DNA of 64,000 nt from Paraspadella gotoi (GCA_051294375.1 CM119265.1:2208311-2272310), one strand, 5' to 3'; positions 1 through 13,494 are shown, counted from the stretch's first letter. A program made the numbers and translations. Notes: generated by a model not told the origin, from the letters alone.

Positions 1-58
1 AACCCAACAAACCGCTGTAACCCGTCACCACAACCATACCAAAAGAACGAAAGCTTAC

Positions 59-191
59 CCGGTATTAAGGGAGTTTGTTTGTTGTCGAGGTGCAACCAAG
101 AATCCACGTCTTGTCGGCCGTGAGCACATTGTCGTATTCGTCGAAATGCGGCAGTGTTCCGCAGATTCCTTGTGCGGCGCAGTCCACTTCC
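59..191 (-). CDS. Candidate internal exon of an unidentified gene (133 nt)
   Basis: On the minus strand it has acceptor ...CCCTTTTCAG| and donor CGG|GTAAGC around high-complexity sequence. Two frames are open. The third reads EVDCAAQGICGTLPHFDEYDNVLTADKTWILGCTSTTNKLP* and could carry an indel error. No homologue recognised; it may be non-coding. Confidence 0.35.
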
Positions 192-642
192 CTGAAAAGG
201 GCATAAATGAAAAAAAGAATTTATTAAAAAGAAATCGCGTCTAAGATTTCCATCGGATATGATTGCATCATTTCATGCAAAGGTTTTGACTTTCTTCGTT
301 ATCTAAAGAGACTGAATTAAACTGAATTAAAGGCTTGCTTCAAAAGAAATTAGAGTAGCAGAAATTGCTTGGTTCAAAGTTGCAGGAAATTGGCTTTTTT
401 TTTTTCTCTCTAATCATAAATAATTTATAAGAAAAGTAAGGGTTGATCCAAAGGGGTTCCTTCGTATCTTCGAGTTTCGATGAAATAATGGAATATTTAT
501 AAAAGTTTATAACAGTTTTGAGCCAAAGAAATCCTAGAATTAAGCCTAATTAATGGAAATTTTGGGGGGAGAGGAGACGTACCCGCTTTCTCTGCATAGT
601 ATACAATAGTCAAAGCGTAAAAAGTCGAAAGAGGGGATGAGA

Positions 643-728
<86 letters not shown>

Positions 729-1042
729 TGCAAGCAGTCCCCCGTTTTCCGCCAGAAGGAACACGGTTTAACTGTTATTCTTGATCCCACGATGGGATGA
801 AAAATAGAAAAAAAAAAAGGCAAATAAAAATAATGTGGGAAGGAGAAATGGTCGCCAAGGCCAAATTGGGAATATCCTCTTCGGTTAAACCAAGCATGCG
901 CAAGGAATTCCCTTTACTGGTGTTTTTTTTTTTGGGGGGGGGGGTGGGAGGGGCTATGGCGAAGAATCTTATGTTAGGGAAAGTGATCGCTCATGTGTAA
1001 TAAAACATGAGAGAGAGAGAGAGAAGAGGAGAGAGAGACGAG

Positions 1043-1074
<32 letters not shown>

Positions 1075-4000
1075 AGAAGATGAGAGAAATGCGTTTGTTG
1101 GAAAATGTCAGGAGGCGTTTTTATGAAGACTGAAATGAAAATAAAAGTCGTCAAAAGAGGAGAGAAGCTGGACCCGGGACTTGAAACGCGTTGTTGAAAA
1201 AAAAAAATGGGTGGCCGAAGGCGAAACGCGTTGCCAGAAGACGGCCTCGGCGATTTCGTGGGCGTGGCTGAACTCCCAATCTACTATTGACGTTAAATAA
1301 TGTTTTCTTTTCTTTCCTTTCTCGCGGAGACCACATATATTGCTGGTCGGCGGTTTGCGTTCTCCAACGACCTCGAGGTCTCCATCCAACGTCCTTAATC
1401 CCATTGTTGACCCCGCCTTCCACCCCCTTTCTTCTCACCCGCAGCGCACCATAGCCACCAAGGCCCGACCAGGGCCAACCCAATGGCTTTTGACCTTTCA
1501 CGAATTCACGATCACAGCCTACTCTCTTAGACTTAAGGTCCGGGTTAGTAGCTGCACTAGATTTTGGAGTAAAAATCGTTTGTGTTTTGCTTTCCTTTTC
1601 CGTGCGGGTTTGAAATATAGAGTAAACAAATTTTATTGTTTTACCAAACAAAAGATTTTTTGTTTACAAAGAGTCTTATCAGCGCAAAGTTAAAAAGATT
1701 CGAAACAGGAATAAAAACGAGAACAAATAGCCAAAACAAAATCCCACAGTTGAGCAATGAACTAGTGCTTTATACCTAAAAAACAAAAGCTAGATTTAAA
1801 ATAAAAGTTAGATGTTCGATGTCATTTTTGCCTTTCATTTTCGAATCGGCTCCTTATATTCCGCCCCTATTTTATTCTCATCTCATTCCCATTCTCTGTG
1901 GGCCCCTTTTCATTTCTGCCTTCTTCGCAAAAAAATCTCTTCAACTCACTTGCTCGAGGTCTCTCTCTCTCCCTCTCTCTCTCTCTCGTCTCTCTCTCTC
2001 TCTGCTCTTCTCTCTTCTCTCTCTCTCTCTCTGCTCTCTCTCTCTCTTCACTGTCACCATCAGCCATTCTTCTCACCGTACATCCTCTCTCTCTTTCCGC
2101 TTTCCCTCTTTCCTGGAATATTCAATTTCTGTGCAACCTTGGGTTCTCCCGCCATTTCGTAGGTACCGAAGAACCATCAGAACCGAATACTACAAGATTT
2201 TAAAAATCGAAACTTTAAATAATTTACAATATTTGCTTATGCAATATACGAATTCGCCACGCCCAACGACATCTCGTCGCCGTTAACACGCTTCGCTCAT
2301 CAATCCATGCATTAACCTAACCTTTCTTTCCCTACCCAACTTCCCTTCCTTTACCGCACCTGCCCTCCATCGTTCAAGGAGTCAACTCAGCGAAAGGGAA
2401 GTGAACTCCGCGTGACTTAAGGCGGTAGATCACTTCAAAAGAGTCAAACGACCGTCGTCGTTGTTGTTGTCAGTTTGCTCGCGAAGTCCGATTAATATAC
2501 ATTATCAGAGCATGCCCCTCCACCGCTTTATTTTTCAATTAGAGGTGAACCTAAATTATTTTCGGCGTCGCTGGTAATTTCGGTTTTAGTTAAGTTTCCG
2601 GGCAAACAATGGAACCGGAGAATTTCCCCGAAATTGAAAAATGACACGGACCCGGCGAAACAAGTTCTGCTTTGCCCGTCGCCACGATTCTCGTTTGGGT
2701 TTTTATCGTACCAGTTTATATGCTCCATTAATTAATTCGTTCCGTTTTAAAGTCTCTCAACAAAAGTAATCGGATATTTGCTCATCGTCGTCTACGACAT
2801 GATTATTGGTCATTAATGCTCTTCGTCGCGATGTTTATCGTTTCCGCTCGCCAATGCATCATCGTTGACATCGCGTTCTGAGCAGTGGTCTTTCAAATTT
2901 TCTCCTCCCCTTCTCTAGATCTCCAATGGCAACCGACCCGGATTCTATATCCCAGCCGCATTCCGTCCTTATCAACCGGGAATGTTCGCGCCTCGAATGG
3001 GCTCTGGCCGAAAATGCCGTAACATCCGGTAAATCACAGAAATAAGCCAGTAAATAAAACTAACAGGACGCATATAGCTTTTAAGCCGAAAGCCGACAAT
3101 AAACGCGAAACGTGCGCGACCCGCTTAATCTGCTTTATACCCGGAATATACAACCTACAATGTGCGCGCGGAAACCCGACAGGCGTTCCACGAGGCGAGA
3201 AGAAACTGACGTTTGGAGCTGATTCCCCTTTCCAGGTGAAACGCCAGCGACAGGCAGCGACGGCCAGCGACGGATTCCCTCAGCCGAGATTTTTTTTGGT
3301 TCACGAGTCACCAAACTAAGTTGCACGCGCGGGAGGGAATGGGCGTTAGGTTGTGTGAGAGACTGACTTTGAGACTGCTTTGGGCTGCTGATTACTTTCG
3401 AAAAGAAAGAAAGCTTATCGTTATTGGTTAAAGAAATTTTCTCGTAGATGGTGAGGTGGCATTATGCCGGGCCGTTTAGGTTACTAGGTGGGTGAATCAG
3501 GCGTCAGGAGTAGCTCAAAAGCCGCGGTCGCTTCCGCAGCGCTCCCTGCTTGGGAAGCAGGTCGCTCTTGGCCGTGATTGTACCCGTTTTAGCGAGCCGT
3601 GTTCACAACGTGACGAAGAAGTTGAACTCCGGTTGAAGGACCGTGAGCTAGTCAAGCACAATGTTGAAACGCGGCGGGAGCATTAGCGAAGCAGCTCCGA
3701 TCATCACGCATCAAAAACTGGCAACGTTTTTTGTATTTTTTTTTTTAAAACGAGATCGAGGAGACCAAAGTGAATTATTAATTGTAATCCCTATCTTACC
3801 ACTTCATGGTTCTTCTGCTCTCGACTATCCAGGCCGTCGCACAAGCCAGTCAACCCAATGCCATCGGCACGCACCTCTGTCCAACATCGCGACACCCAAT
3901 TCCTGTCTTCCAATGTGCACGAAAATCCACGAGAACTCTCCGATTCCGTTCCATTCGAGTAGCCGCTGGTCCCGCTCGTAGGTCATTCCCTAAACCGCGT

Positions 4001-4201
4001 GCCTCTGGAAAAAAAAAATCGCCATAAAAACAGTCGAAAAAAAAAGCAAGAGAAAAAAATCGCGCCGACAAAGAATTGGCTTTTATTGCCGCCAATAACC
4101 AAGGGAAAGCAAATACCTGCTCTTTTTTCTCTTCCCGCCAGCGAGGATCATAGTGGGACAGAGAGAGAGAGAGAGAGAAGAGAGAGAGAAGAGAGAGGAG
4201 A

Positions 4202-4237
<36 letters not shown>

Positions 4238-5019
4238 CTTCCCATGGAAATGGGGCGAGTGGAGAAGAAGGCGGAACAAATTTAAGTGGCAAGTGGGCAA
4301 CTACGTACCACATTTAGTTTTGCTCGTGTGGCAATAAACGAGGATCTTGTTTCGTGGGGGGCGGGGGAACATGAAATTGGGACGAATTCGGGGATTGGAA
4401 CGTTTGTCGTTATTGAAGAATGGTGTTGGCGAGAGAGAATGGCGAGAGATGATATGAAATTCGCTCAGGCTATGAAACAAATTAAAGGTTAAGAAGGGAT
4501 AAGTGATTACTAGCAGGAAAGCGCGTTCGTACCCGCTTGCATGATTCTAGATAACGAAGGCCAGACGTCCATTGGGAAATTAATTTAACCGGCATTACGT
4601 CCTTATCGAGATTAGACGCTCGAAGATTCGCCCAACGTGCGCTCCCGGACAAAAAAAAACGAAGACGACGTCGGAAACTACGGTAACAGTCGACGGTAAA
4701 AGTCTACGGGCGCAAGACGGCGTCGAGAAATTGAGTCAAATTGGATCTGGTCCAAATTTGTGTCAAGGTTAACATTTCTATCGAATTATTTAAATGATTC
4801 AATCTAATTGCTCACGAGTTCCATCGGGGCGACGCAAATCGAGTCCGTTTTCCGGTTGAGTTGGACGGACGACCCTTCGACGAACCCTCCGAGTCGCCGG
4901 ATATCAAGTGAAGACGGAATGAAGGGAAATAAACGAATGCGAGATTCCTCTTCTCCAATCGAAGAAGGGAATTCGAACGTCACGCCAGGGACAGAAAAAT
5001 TTCGAGAAGGGCGCCCGAA

Positions 5020-5397
5020 GAACGTGGGTGAGATTTTGTGGTTGTGAGGAAATGATGTGTGATGAAATTACTAAATTACTAAATTACTAAATTACAAAAT
5101 TACTAAAAGTCTAAAATTTCTAAATTATTAAAATTACTAAATTACTAAATTACTAAAAATCTAAAATTACTAAAATTACTAAAATTACTAATATTACTAA
5201 ATTACTAATTACTAAATTTACTTATTAAAAATTAAAAAAAATAATTACTAAATTATTAAATTACTAATTATTATTATACGTCTTAGATTATTATCACAAG
5301 AAGGGAAACGGATTATTATGGCGTAAAATCAATAAAATACTTAAAAGTCCTCATCAATAGAACTACTTCCTAATTTCGGAGAAGAAATAACTAATAT

Positions 5398-5429
<32 letters not shown>
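5020..5429 (+). repeat. Segment duplicated at ~9765-10280
   Basis: Both loci share the same order: GTGGGTGAGAT..., the ATTACTAA array, GGGAAACGGATTATTA, CGGAGAAGAAATAACTAATATT, then (AAT)n. This copy ends at a 25-N gap. Confidence 0.9.
5065..5275. repeat. AT-rich (ATTACTAA)n-type short tandem repeat
   Basis: Visible repeated AAATTACT units; a second, noisier copy lies at ~9816-10090. Confidence 0.9.
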
Positions 5430-5576
5430 NNNNNNNNNNNNNNNNNNNNNNNNNGAGAGAGAAAATATAGATTATCGTTGTATCGTTGAAAAAATATGCA
5501 CAATTGAGAGATACTTGAAGATGAGAAAACAAAGAGAGAGAGAGAGAGAGAGAGAGAAGACGAGAGAGAGGAGAGA

Positions 5577-5609
<33 letters not shown>

Positions 5610-6595
5610 AGAGAGACGAGGAGCAGAGAAAAATAAAATATATAACGATTCTACTAGGTAATGCCTTATTCCTTATATAATATAAACCTAAGTTGAAACA
5701 AACAACGACGGATCTGCAGCGTGGGCATTAGCGAAATCAGATGAATAGCTTATGGTTAATCCTGCAATTTTAATTGTCTTGATAGACAGATTTTCCTAGT
5801 TATTTATCTATAATTTGATGTTCTGACATAATCAAAGTGACTACCAGACAATAGATGTTTGGGGGCAGACCGGAGACGAACCACGACATCGTCGCAAGCG
5901 TGATCTGCTAATAAGCTAAAAAAATCATTCCCACTGAGCCTTTAAATATTCATGAGGTTTTCATTTTGATATAACTACTACTATTATCTCAATTCGGATT
6001 TAGTTTATTTTCTTAAGGTATAAGAAGATTAGGGTTAAAAGGCTTAGTTAGTCCTTGAACCCCAGATCGTCAAGCCATCAAGAAACCTTTTATGGTTCTA
6101 ACCCTATTGTTAGTCCTTGTGTGATGGTAAAACAAAGAAACTATCAAGTAACAAAGTCGCTGAATTTCCCCTTTCTTGATTCAATCTGCTTAAGAAGCAA
6201 ACATAATAAGCCGGAATCGATTACTGGATCACATCTCATTAACTAATTTACAGAACCATTATTGATATAGGTTGGGATTATGTTAAGGGTTAAATATTGA
6301 AAGGTTAAGAATTAAAATCTGAGATAAACGAAAATGGGACAGGATGCGTAATACTGAAATAAAGGGCTAATATAGACGCACCGTAATCTTCCGAAGATAA
6401 TCTGATTTACATCAAAAACCCCGCATACTCCTAGATTAATTTTGAAAACTATTTAAATAAAAAAAAGAAACAAAAAAAAATTAATTCATATATACGTTCT
6501 ACTCTTTTATTCAAGAGATTTTGAGAAAAATGGAACAAAAAAATTTAAGAAGAAGCGTAAACATTGAGACTTCGATGAAAGAAATGGAGAGAGAA

Positions 6596-6639
<44 letters not shown>

Positions 6640-7606
6640 GAGCAGAGACAGAGAGAAAGAGAGGAGAAACAGAGCGGGGAGTGCGATGAAGCTTAGGCCC
6701 TACGAGTAACGAACAGAGCGAGAAACTGACCCAGACAAGTCCTGAGACCCAAAACTAACTTTTGATTACACAGTAAGAACTAAGAATTCTTCTCAGTTTA
6801 AATAAAACAAACAATAACAAACTAACTCGTCGGCAACAAAAGAAAACAAAAAGCGCAAAAACAAAAATAAAATAAAAAGAAAAACAAAAAAGGCAAGCAA
6901 AAAGAACAAAAAGGCAACGAATAAAAAACTAAAAGACAACAAAAGAAAAAAAGCGATAAAAATAAAAATAGACAACTAAGAGTGAGATTAGCTTGTGTGT
7001 CAAGCCGGCGTGGAAGAAGCGAGACCTCTGGCGTCCGCGACTTCATTTGAAATGTTAAAAAAAAACAAAAGGTGGAAACAAACTAGAGAAGAAAACAAAA
7101 AAACACAAAGTGAGATGTCACAACAAATAACCTTTTCCTAGAAAAAAAACCAACAACAACGAAAAACCATAAAAATATTCGTCGCTAACGTAGTCCTTTA
7201 CCCGTGTGACGCAGCGTCATCGTCTTAAAAATGAAGACGACGAACTGACGAAATGCAGCATCGCACGACGACGACGACGACGACGACAGCGAGTGGCATA
7301 TCAGGCCGCAAAAGAGCCGTGGCTTAAATTCTGGATCATTCGTATGTCTGACTGCTGAGGACTGTGTGCAAAATGGACAGGAGCCGGCCGGTCTTCCCAG
7401 GTGAAAGACAAGCAAAGCGAGCAAACGAAAGAGTGAAAAAAGAAAGAAGAAGCAAAAAAGAAAGAAGAAGAAAGAAAGAAAGAAAAGAAAGAAAGAAAGA
7501 AAGAAAAAGAAAGAAAGAAAGAAAACGTACAACTTACAATTAATGTGCATCGAAAGCAAATCACAAAACCTCGATCTCGTGTCCAATAAAATCTGGCGTA
7601 ATTGCG

Positions 7607-7740
7607 CATGCCATTGCATTGTATTGCATTTTCATTTCATTGCATAAATTGCATTATAATTGTAAATCATTGCGTTTCATTTCAGTGCATTGTATTATCA
7701 CTCTGCATTGCATTTCAGTGCATTGTATTTCAGTGCATCT
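7607..7740. repeat. Degenerate (CATTG)n pentanucleotide repeat
   Basis: Run of CATTG/CATTT/CAGTG/TATTG units. Confidence 0.8.
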
Positions 7741-7817
7741 GCTATGTGCATTAAACAATGCATTCTAATTGCCTACCCAAACCACACGGATGCAATCACA
7801 TCCTCCTTTGTACTTAC

Positions 7818-7879
7818 AAGTCAATTTGGCCAAACCACTTCCCGCGTCATCAAAAGTTGCAAACTCATGGCCCAGATTC
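7818..7879 (-). CDS. Weak candidate small exon (62 nt)
   Basis: Minus-strand acceptor CACTTTTTGTAG| and donor |GTAAGTA. Only one frame is open (NLGHEFATFDDAGSGLAKLT). It lies in a noisy read-derived segment and no homologue is recognised. Confidence 0.2.
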
Positions 7880-10288
7880 CTACAAAAAGTGTCTGTATGT
7901 TTGCCCAACAAGAGGCAGGCTGCAAAAGGCCAGGTGCGCCCTCGATCGTTACTTCTCTCCTGCAGCAGCCTCTGTCCTCTCTCCACCTCTTCTCTCAATC
8001 CCTCTCCCTTGCATATGGTTCAATATTCTGGCCATCGCGCAAACGTTTCGGCGAACGGGCAAAAACCGAGCGTCGAGTAGGCAGCGGCGAAATCGGCAAA
8101 CACCATGGAGAGAAAACAAACAAAAGACAAAAGTGCTCCATTAATTCTGCAGTCGCAAAACGAGGAGACGAACGGGAAATCGAGTTGGGAGAGAGAGAGG
8201 AGAGAGGACGAAGAAGGGAACGAAGAGGAGAGAAAGGAAGAGAGAGAGAGAGAGAGAAGAAGACGAGAGAGAGAGAGAGAGGGAGGAAAGAGGGAGAGAG
8301 AGTAAGGGGAGAAGGAGGGAGATAGGGGAAGATAGGATCAAAGAGAGAGGCTAGGGAAGGGACGCTCAGATTGACTGAGGAAAAGTGAATTGATAAATTG
8401 CTATACCGTAGCAGATATGAATAATAATTGCTTAATAACTAATATATTATATATTATACATATATTACAATAATAATAGTACCTTGCAAGTTCCAACATC
8501 AAATGACTTTTAATATTACGAATTATTAAATCGGATATATTGCACACATCGAGCTGACTTGTTTAATGGCTTGAAATCAGGCCACGCTCGCAAGTCAGCC
8601 GTGATATTGGGAGCTGGATATACAGCCAAACAGCATGGACGATTAAAGTTGTGGATTTGCTAATAGGAGGACAAAGGAGATACACTGGTACTGGGCTCAG
8701 TGAGAGGTTAAAAAGGAGCTCGAGCTTATCTAAATCTCGACAAATCAGTCCACAATACGCGATTTTAATCTCCAGTCAAGTCGCCATGTCACAGAAATTA
8801 CTTCGTGAAAACTGCAGTTCACTCCCGATAGGAACACTATCAGAAGTTGTTACACATCTTGGTTCCTTTGGCGTTGACGCGAGGTCATACGCCTCCATTC
8901 GGAATGTCTTACTGACTATATGTCTCGTACGCGCGACCGCGTCTGAATAAATTCAAAGTGATCGGGTAAAAAAATGACTTCTTATCACTTGACTAGGGCA
9001 AGATGTCGACGAAAATACGCCGTTCGCCTACTGTGTGTGAACTGGTTCTAGCGTATGGTATAAGCATTGAAGTCGGCTATAAACTACCATTATCATAATG
9101 AAACAAAATAATAATTTATTGCCGGTAAGCCGCAACTAAGTGCGAAGAGCAATCTTCGGCAACCGCGCCCGATTCCTGCCAGAACATCAGGAGAGAAAAA
9201 TTGTGGAAATCTTTGTTTCCACCCCCACCCGTTTTTTTAACCTGAGCCCCAAGTTGCAAGCCCATAAAGCGAAGTAACGTTTCTTTCGGAAACCCTGCGC
9301 GGTAGCATCTAGTTCAACAGTGCACGGCAACTTCTCGGAGTGGGAGGAGAAGAAGAAAAGAGAGACAGGCAGGAAATAGAGAGAGAGACTGAAGAGAGAG
9401 AGAGAGGAGAGAGAGAGAGAGAATAGAGAGAGAGAGAGAGAGAGAAGAAATGAAAGAGAGAGAAAGAGACTATAATAACCACGTACTAAATCTTAATATA
9501 AAACATTGTTAAAAAAAACCCCAATTTCATTCTTTGATTCATCACGTGACCAAGTCTCGAGGACAAATCCCCACTTTGTCATTTTTATGGGCGTCAATGT
9601 TTGTGGTCTTGTCCTTGAGGGTCTCCGGTAGAGAGAGAGAGAGATAAAGTGGACGGCGATGCTCGAGCCGCAGAGATCTGAGAGAGAAGATAAGGAAGAG
9701 ACAGAGAGACTGGAGAGAGAAGAGAGAAAGAGCAGAGAGCAGCCACAGGTTACGAATCGACCGCGACAGTGGGTTGAGATCTTTGTGGTTGTGGAGGAAA
9801 TCGCGATGGTTGATGAAATTACTAAATTACTAATTACTAAACATTACTAAAATTACTAAATTACTAAATTACTAAATTTACTAAATATACTAAATTACTT
9901 AAAAGTCTAAAATTTTCTAAATTATTAAAAATACTAAATTACTAAATTACTAAAAAATCTAAAATTACTATTACTAAAATTTACTTAAAATTACTTAATA
10001 TTTAAGTAAAATTATCTGAATTACTAATTTACTAAATTTACTTATACCAATTAAAAAATTAAAATTACTAAATTATAATTACTAATGTATTATTATACGT
10101 TCTTAGATTATTATCACATAAGGGAAACGGATTATTATTTGGCGTTAAAATTTCAATAAAATACTTAAAAGTTCGCTCATCAATAGAGACTACTTTTCCT
10201 AATTCGGAGAAGAAATAACTAATATTATTATGTATAATAATAATAATAAAATAATTAATAATAATAATAATATATAATAATTAACATA

Positions 10289-10339
10289 ACCAGTCTCTTC
10301 GGAGGGCTCGATGGGTTCGAATCCACCGCGTGCCACACA
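10289..10339 (+). pseudogene. 3' half of a tRNA-Leu (AAG/TAG isoacceptor type), probably including the CCA tail
   Basis: ACCAGTCTCTTCGGAGGgctCGaTGGGTTCGAATCCACCGCgTGCCAcaca matches the conserved metazoan tRNA-Leu 3' half ACCAGTCTCTTCGGAGGCGTGGGTTCGAATCCCACCGCTGCCA(CCA) with a few small indels. The variable arm, T-loop/B box and acceptor 3' strand are present. The 5' half is absent (replaced by (AAT)n) and no oligo-T Pol III terminator follows. Confidence 0.85.
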
Positions 10340-10695
10340 TCTTAAGTAAGTAGACAGGGATTTTCAACATGAACCAAAGTGGATATTTATTTCACTAAGA
10401 ACAAGCGCAAGACGGTTGTCAGATTTGAGGACAGAGTGAATCAAAGCCAGAAACAGAGACTTCTTATATAAAGGGTAAGTAGGGACGAAGCCCAGACTTC
10501 CTCTTCTCGGAATCCTTACCTCTCTTCCTCTTTCTGGGAACCTTCCTTTTCCTCTTTCCGGAAAAGTATTGTCCTTTTTCTGGATTTGCGCTTTCCAAAA
10601 TACCCATTCAAGATTCATTCCAGAATCATCTGTTCCCCTTCTTCCGGAATCCTCTTCCTTAATCCTTGTCTCTGTTTCTCGGGTTTCATTCATCT
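10340..10695 (-). mobile_element. Putative solo LTR-like segment abutting the tRNA-Leu complement
   Basis: Minus-strand order: repeated TTCnnGAA motifs (10556-10563, 10618-10625, 10642-10649), TATATAAG (10463-10470), AATAAA (10386-10391), then TG(T)GTGGCA(C)GCGGTGGAT.., a tRNA-Leu PBS-like sequence. (AAT)n flanks both sides. Canonical TG...CA ends are not clearly readable. Confidence 0.4.
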
Positions 10696-10838
10696 GATGA
10701 TAATATTAATAATATAATTAATAATAATTAATAATAATATTGGTAGTGTACAATTTCATTAATTTACGACCAAAAAAAAAATTACATCTAACTGAGAAAG
10801 AATTAAAAAAAAATCAATTTTCGAAATGAACACGACGA

Positions 10839-10886
<48 letters not shown>

Positions 10887-11229
10887 CACGACTAAATCTT
10901 TGAAGCCACAAAGAAAAAAAATTCCCCCATTGGGTCATGATTGGTCTTTGCAGCTGAGACGAAGAAAAAGCAAACAAAGGGGTTCTCTTTCCTTTTTTTT
11001 CCTTTTTTCGCTCTAATCTTTCTTTACTTTACTTTTTATTCCTTTCTTTTTTTACTTATTCTCTTCTTTCCGATAGTTGATAGTTTTGCTCTCTTTTCTC
11101 AGAGCGCCATATTTCTATTTCTTTATCCCAGAATTTAATATTAACTTTAGTATTTAATCTAAATATATTTTTAAGTTTTTAACCCAATCACTGTCCCTAA
11201 TCCTTAACCCTTAATTTCTCCTTAACCCC

Positions 11230-12860
11230 TTATTCTAACCCTAACGCTAACTAATTTCAGATGAAGGGGCATTCTGGGAAAATAAGGTCGGATAGTTTTT
11301 ATTAATAGTACATTTAATTCGATATCAATGCCATCGTACCTATAATCTTAGCATTTATATATTTTACTTTTTTTTTCCTTTGATTATTCTTCTTTTTTTT
11401 CATTAAATTTTTACCTTTTTTAATTTTTTTTCTCTTTCAATTTTTATCTTTTCTTTTTTTTTTTCCGTTTGATATTCTAATATTTAATCCATTTTTCTCT
11501 CTCTTCTTTTCATCTTACTCTTAAATAATTCATTATTTCTTTTTATTCTTTTCACTTTTTTTCTTCTCTTTATTTCTCGTCCAGTTTCAATTTTTCATTT
11601 CCTCCTCCATTTCCATTTTTCTTTCTTCTCCTCTCTCTCCCTTCTCCTTTCTTCCTTGTTATTTCCTCCCTCTCCTTCTTTCTTTCAGAATCTTCCTTCC
11701 TTTTTCCTTCCTGCCTTACTTTCCTTCCTTCTTCTCCTTCCTTCTTCCTTCCTTCTTCCTTTCCTCCTTCCTTCCTTCCTTCCTTCTTTTCCTTCTTTAT
11801 TTCCTCTCTCCTTCTTTCCTTTCAGAATTCTTCCTTGCTCTTTTTCTACTCCTGCCTTTCCTTCCTTCCTTCTCTCCTTCCTTCTCTCCTTCTTTCCTTC
11901 CTTCCTTATTCCTCCTCTCCTTCTTTCCTTGAGAATCTTCCTTCCTTTCTTTCCTTCTCCTTCCCTTCTTCCTTCCTTCCTTCCCTTCCTGTCCTTCTTC
12001 TTTAATTCCTTCTCGNNNNNNNNNNNNNNNNNNNNNNNNNGCCTGTAAATTTTCTAACCCTAACGCTAACTAATTTCTGGAGATGAAAAGGGCATTCTGG
12101 GAAAAATAGAGGTCGATAGTTTTATTTAATGATGGACATTTAATTCGATATCAATGCATCGTAACCTGATAATCTTAGGCATTTATATCTTTTACTTTTT
12201 TTTCCTTTGATTATTCTTGCTTTTTTTCATTAAATTTTTACTTTTTTAATTTTTTTTCTTTCAATTTTTATCTTTTCTTTATTTTTTTTTCGTTTTGATA
12301 TTTACATATTTAATCCATTTTTCTCTCTTTCTTCTTTTCATTTAACTTTAAATAAATTCATAATAATTTTTCTTTTTATTCTTTTCACTTTTTTTCTTCT
12401 CTTTATTTCCGTCCAGTTTTCAATTTTTCATTTTTCCATTTTCCATTTTTTTCTTTCTTCTCCTTCCTTCCTTCTTCCTTTTCTTTCCTTGTTTATTTCC
12501 TCCTCTCCTTCTTTCCTTTCAGAATCTTTCCTTCCTTTTTCGCTTCCTGCCTTACTTTCCTTCCTTCTCTCTCCTTCCTTCTTCCTTTCCTTCCTTCCTT
12601 CCTTCCTTCCTTCCTTCCTTCCTCTCTCTTTCCTTCCTTCTTTCCCTTCCTCTTAGAGTCCTTACTGTTCCTTTTCTTCGTCTTTTCACGAATCTTCCTC
12701 CTTCCTTTTCTTCTCCCTTCCTTCTCTCCTTCTTCTCTTCCTTCTCTTCCTTTCCTTCCTTTCCTTACTTTCCCGTGTTCCTCTCTTCTTTCCTTTCCAG
12801 AATCTCCTTCCTTCTTTCGCTTTCTTCCTTCCTTCCTTCCTTCCCTTCCTTTAATTCTCT
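11230..12860 (+). repeat. Tandem duplication of ~0.8 kb (11230-12015 / 12050-12860) across a 25-N gap, including a long polypyrimidine (TTCC)n-like tract
   Basis: TTCTAACCCTAACGCTAACTAATTTC...GGGCATTCTGGGAAAA occurs at ~11232 and ~12052. The copies differ by indels. Confidence 0.9.
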
Positions 12861-13089
12861 TCTCTCCTTCTTTCCTTTCATCAAATGCATCTCTTCTTTT
12901 TTCTTTTCTCTCCTTCCTTTTTTTTCTTTCTTCTTCTTTCCTTCCTTCTGGATCTCTATCTACAAAAAATCAACAACAACAACAATAAATAAACAACAAC
13001 AACTGTTTCCCTTCCCTTGTCCTGGATTTCTATGACGTGGTGAGGTTTTAATGGGCCTCGGTTTTGGGAGTCACAGAAATTGTGTTCCT

Positions 13090-13165
13090 GAATTCGGGAT
13101 GTGGGTGAAATTAAGGGATGAGGGTGAATTCGGGGATGGTGGGAGTGAATTCGGGATGTGGGTGA
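13090..13165. repeat. 17-bp minisatellite GAATTCGGGATGTGGGT, ~4 units
   Basis: Directly visible; the cleaner copy is at 17420-17489. Confidence 0.9.
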
Positions 13166-13494
13166 TTGCACGGATGTGGCGCGGACGCTGGGGTGAGTGA
13201 GAAGTGGTTGATTCCCCGAGGGTTTAATTGGTTGTGTCCTGATCCTGACAGGAATAGCAATGGAGAATGTATGTAGTTGACTCTGAATATGATGGATGAG
13301 GAGGCAGAATTAGCAAAAAAGCAAAAGAAAGCAAAATAAAGCAAAAAAATAGACAGCGTGATAAGCAAAATAGGCGTTAATATTTCCGAACGTCTCTCAT
13401 TTTTTACTTAGGTTGAAAATTAATTTTTTTTTTTTTTTTAGTTTAAAGATTAAGTGAAGAATTAAGGTGGTATAAGCCTTAAGTAATGGATTAA

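Noticed and set aside
8560-9080. High-complexity, balanced-GC patches resembling foreign or coding DNA (also ~1400-1560, 3330-3700, 26880-27190, 37460-37620)
   Set aside because: No convincing ORF or homology. Where a second copy exists (37460-37620 vs ~44780-44840) the patch is a noisy expansion, so low-quality read segments are the more likely source.
10289-10339. Functional, intron-containing or trans-spliced split tRNA-Leu
   Set aside because: I found no 5' half (GGYAGCGTGGCCGAGCGGTCTAAGGCGCTGG) or A box in the window and no Pol III terminator. A retro-derived fragment is the simpler explanation.
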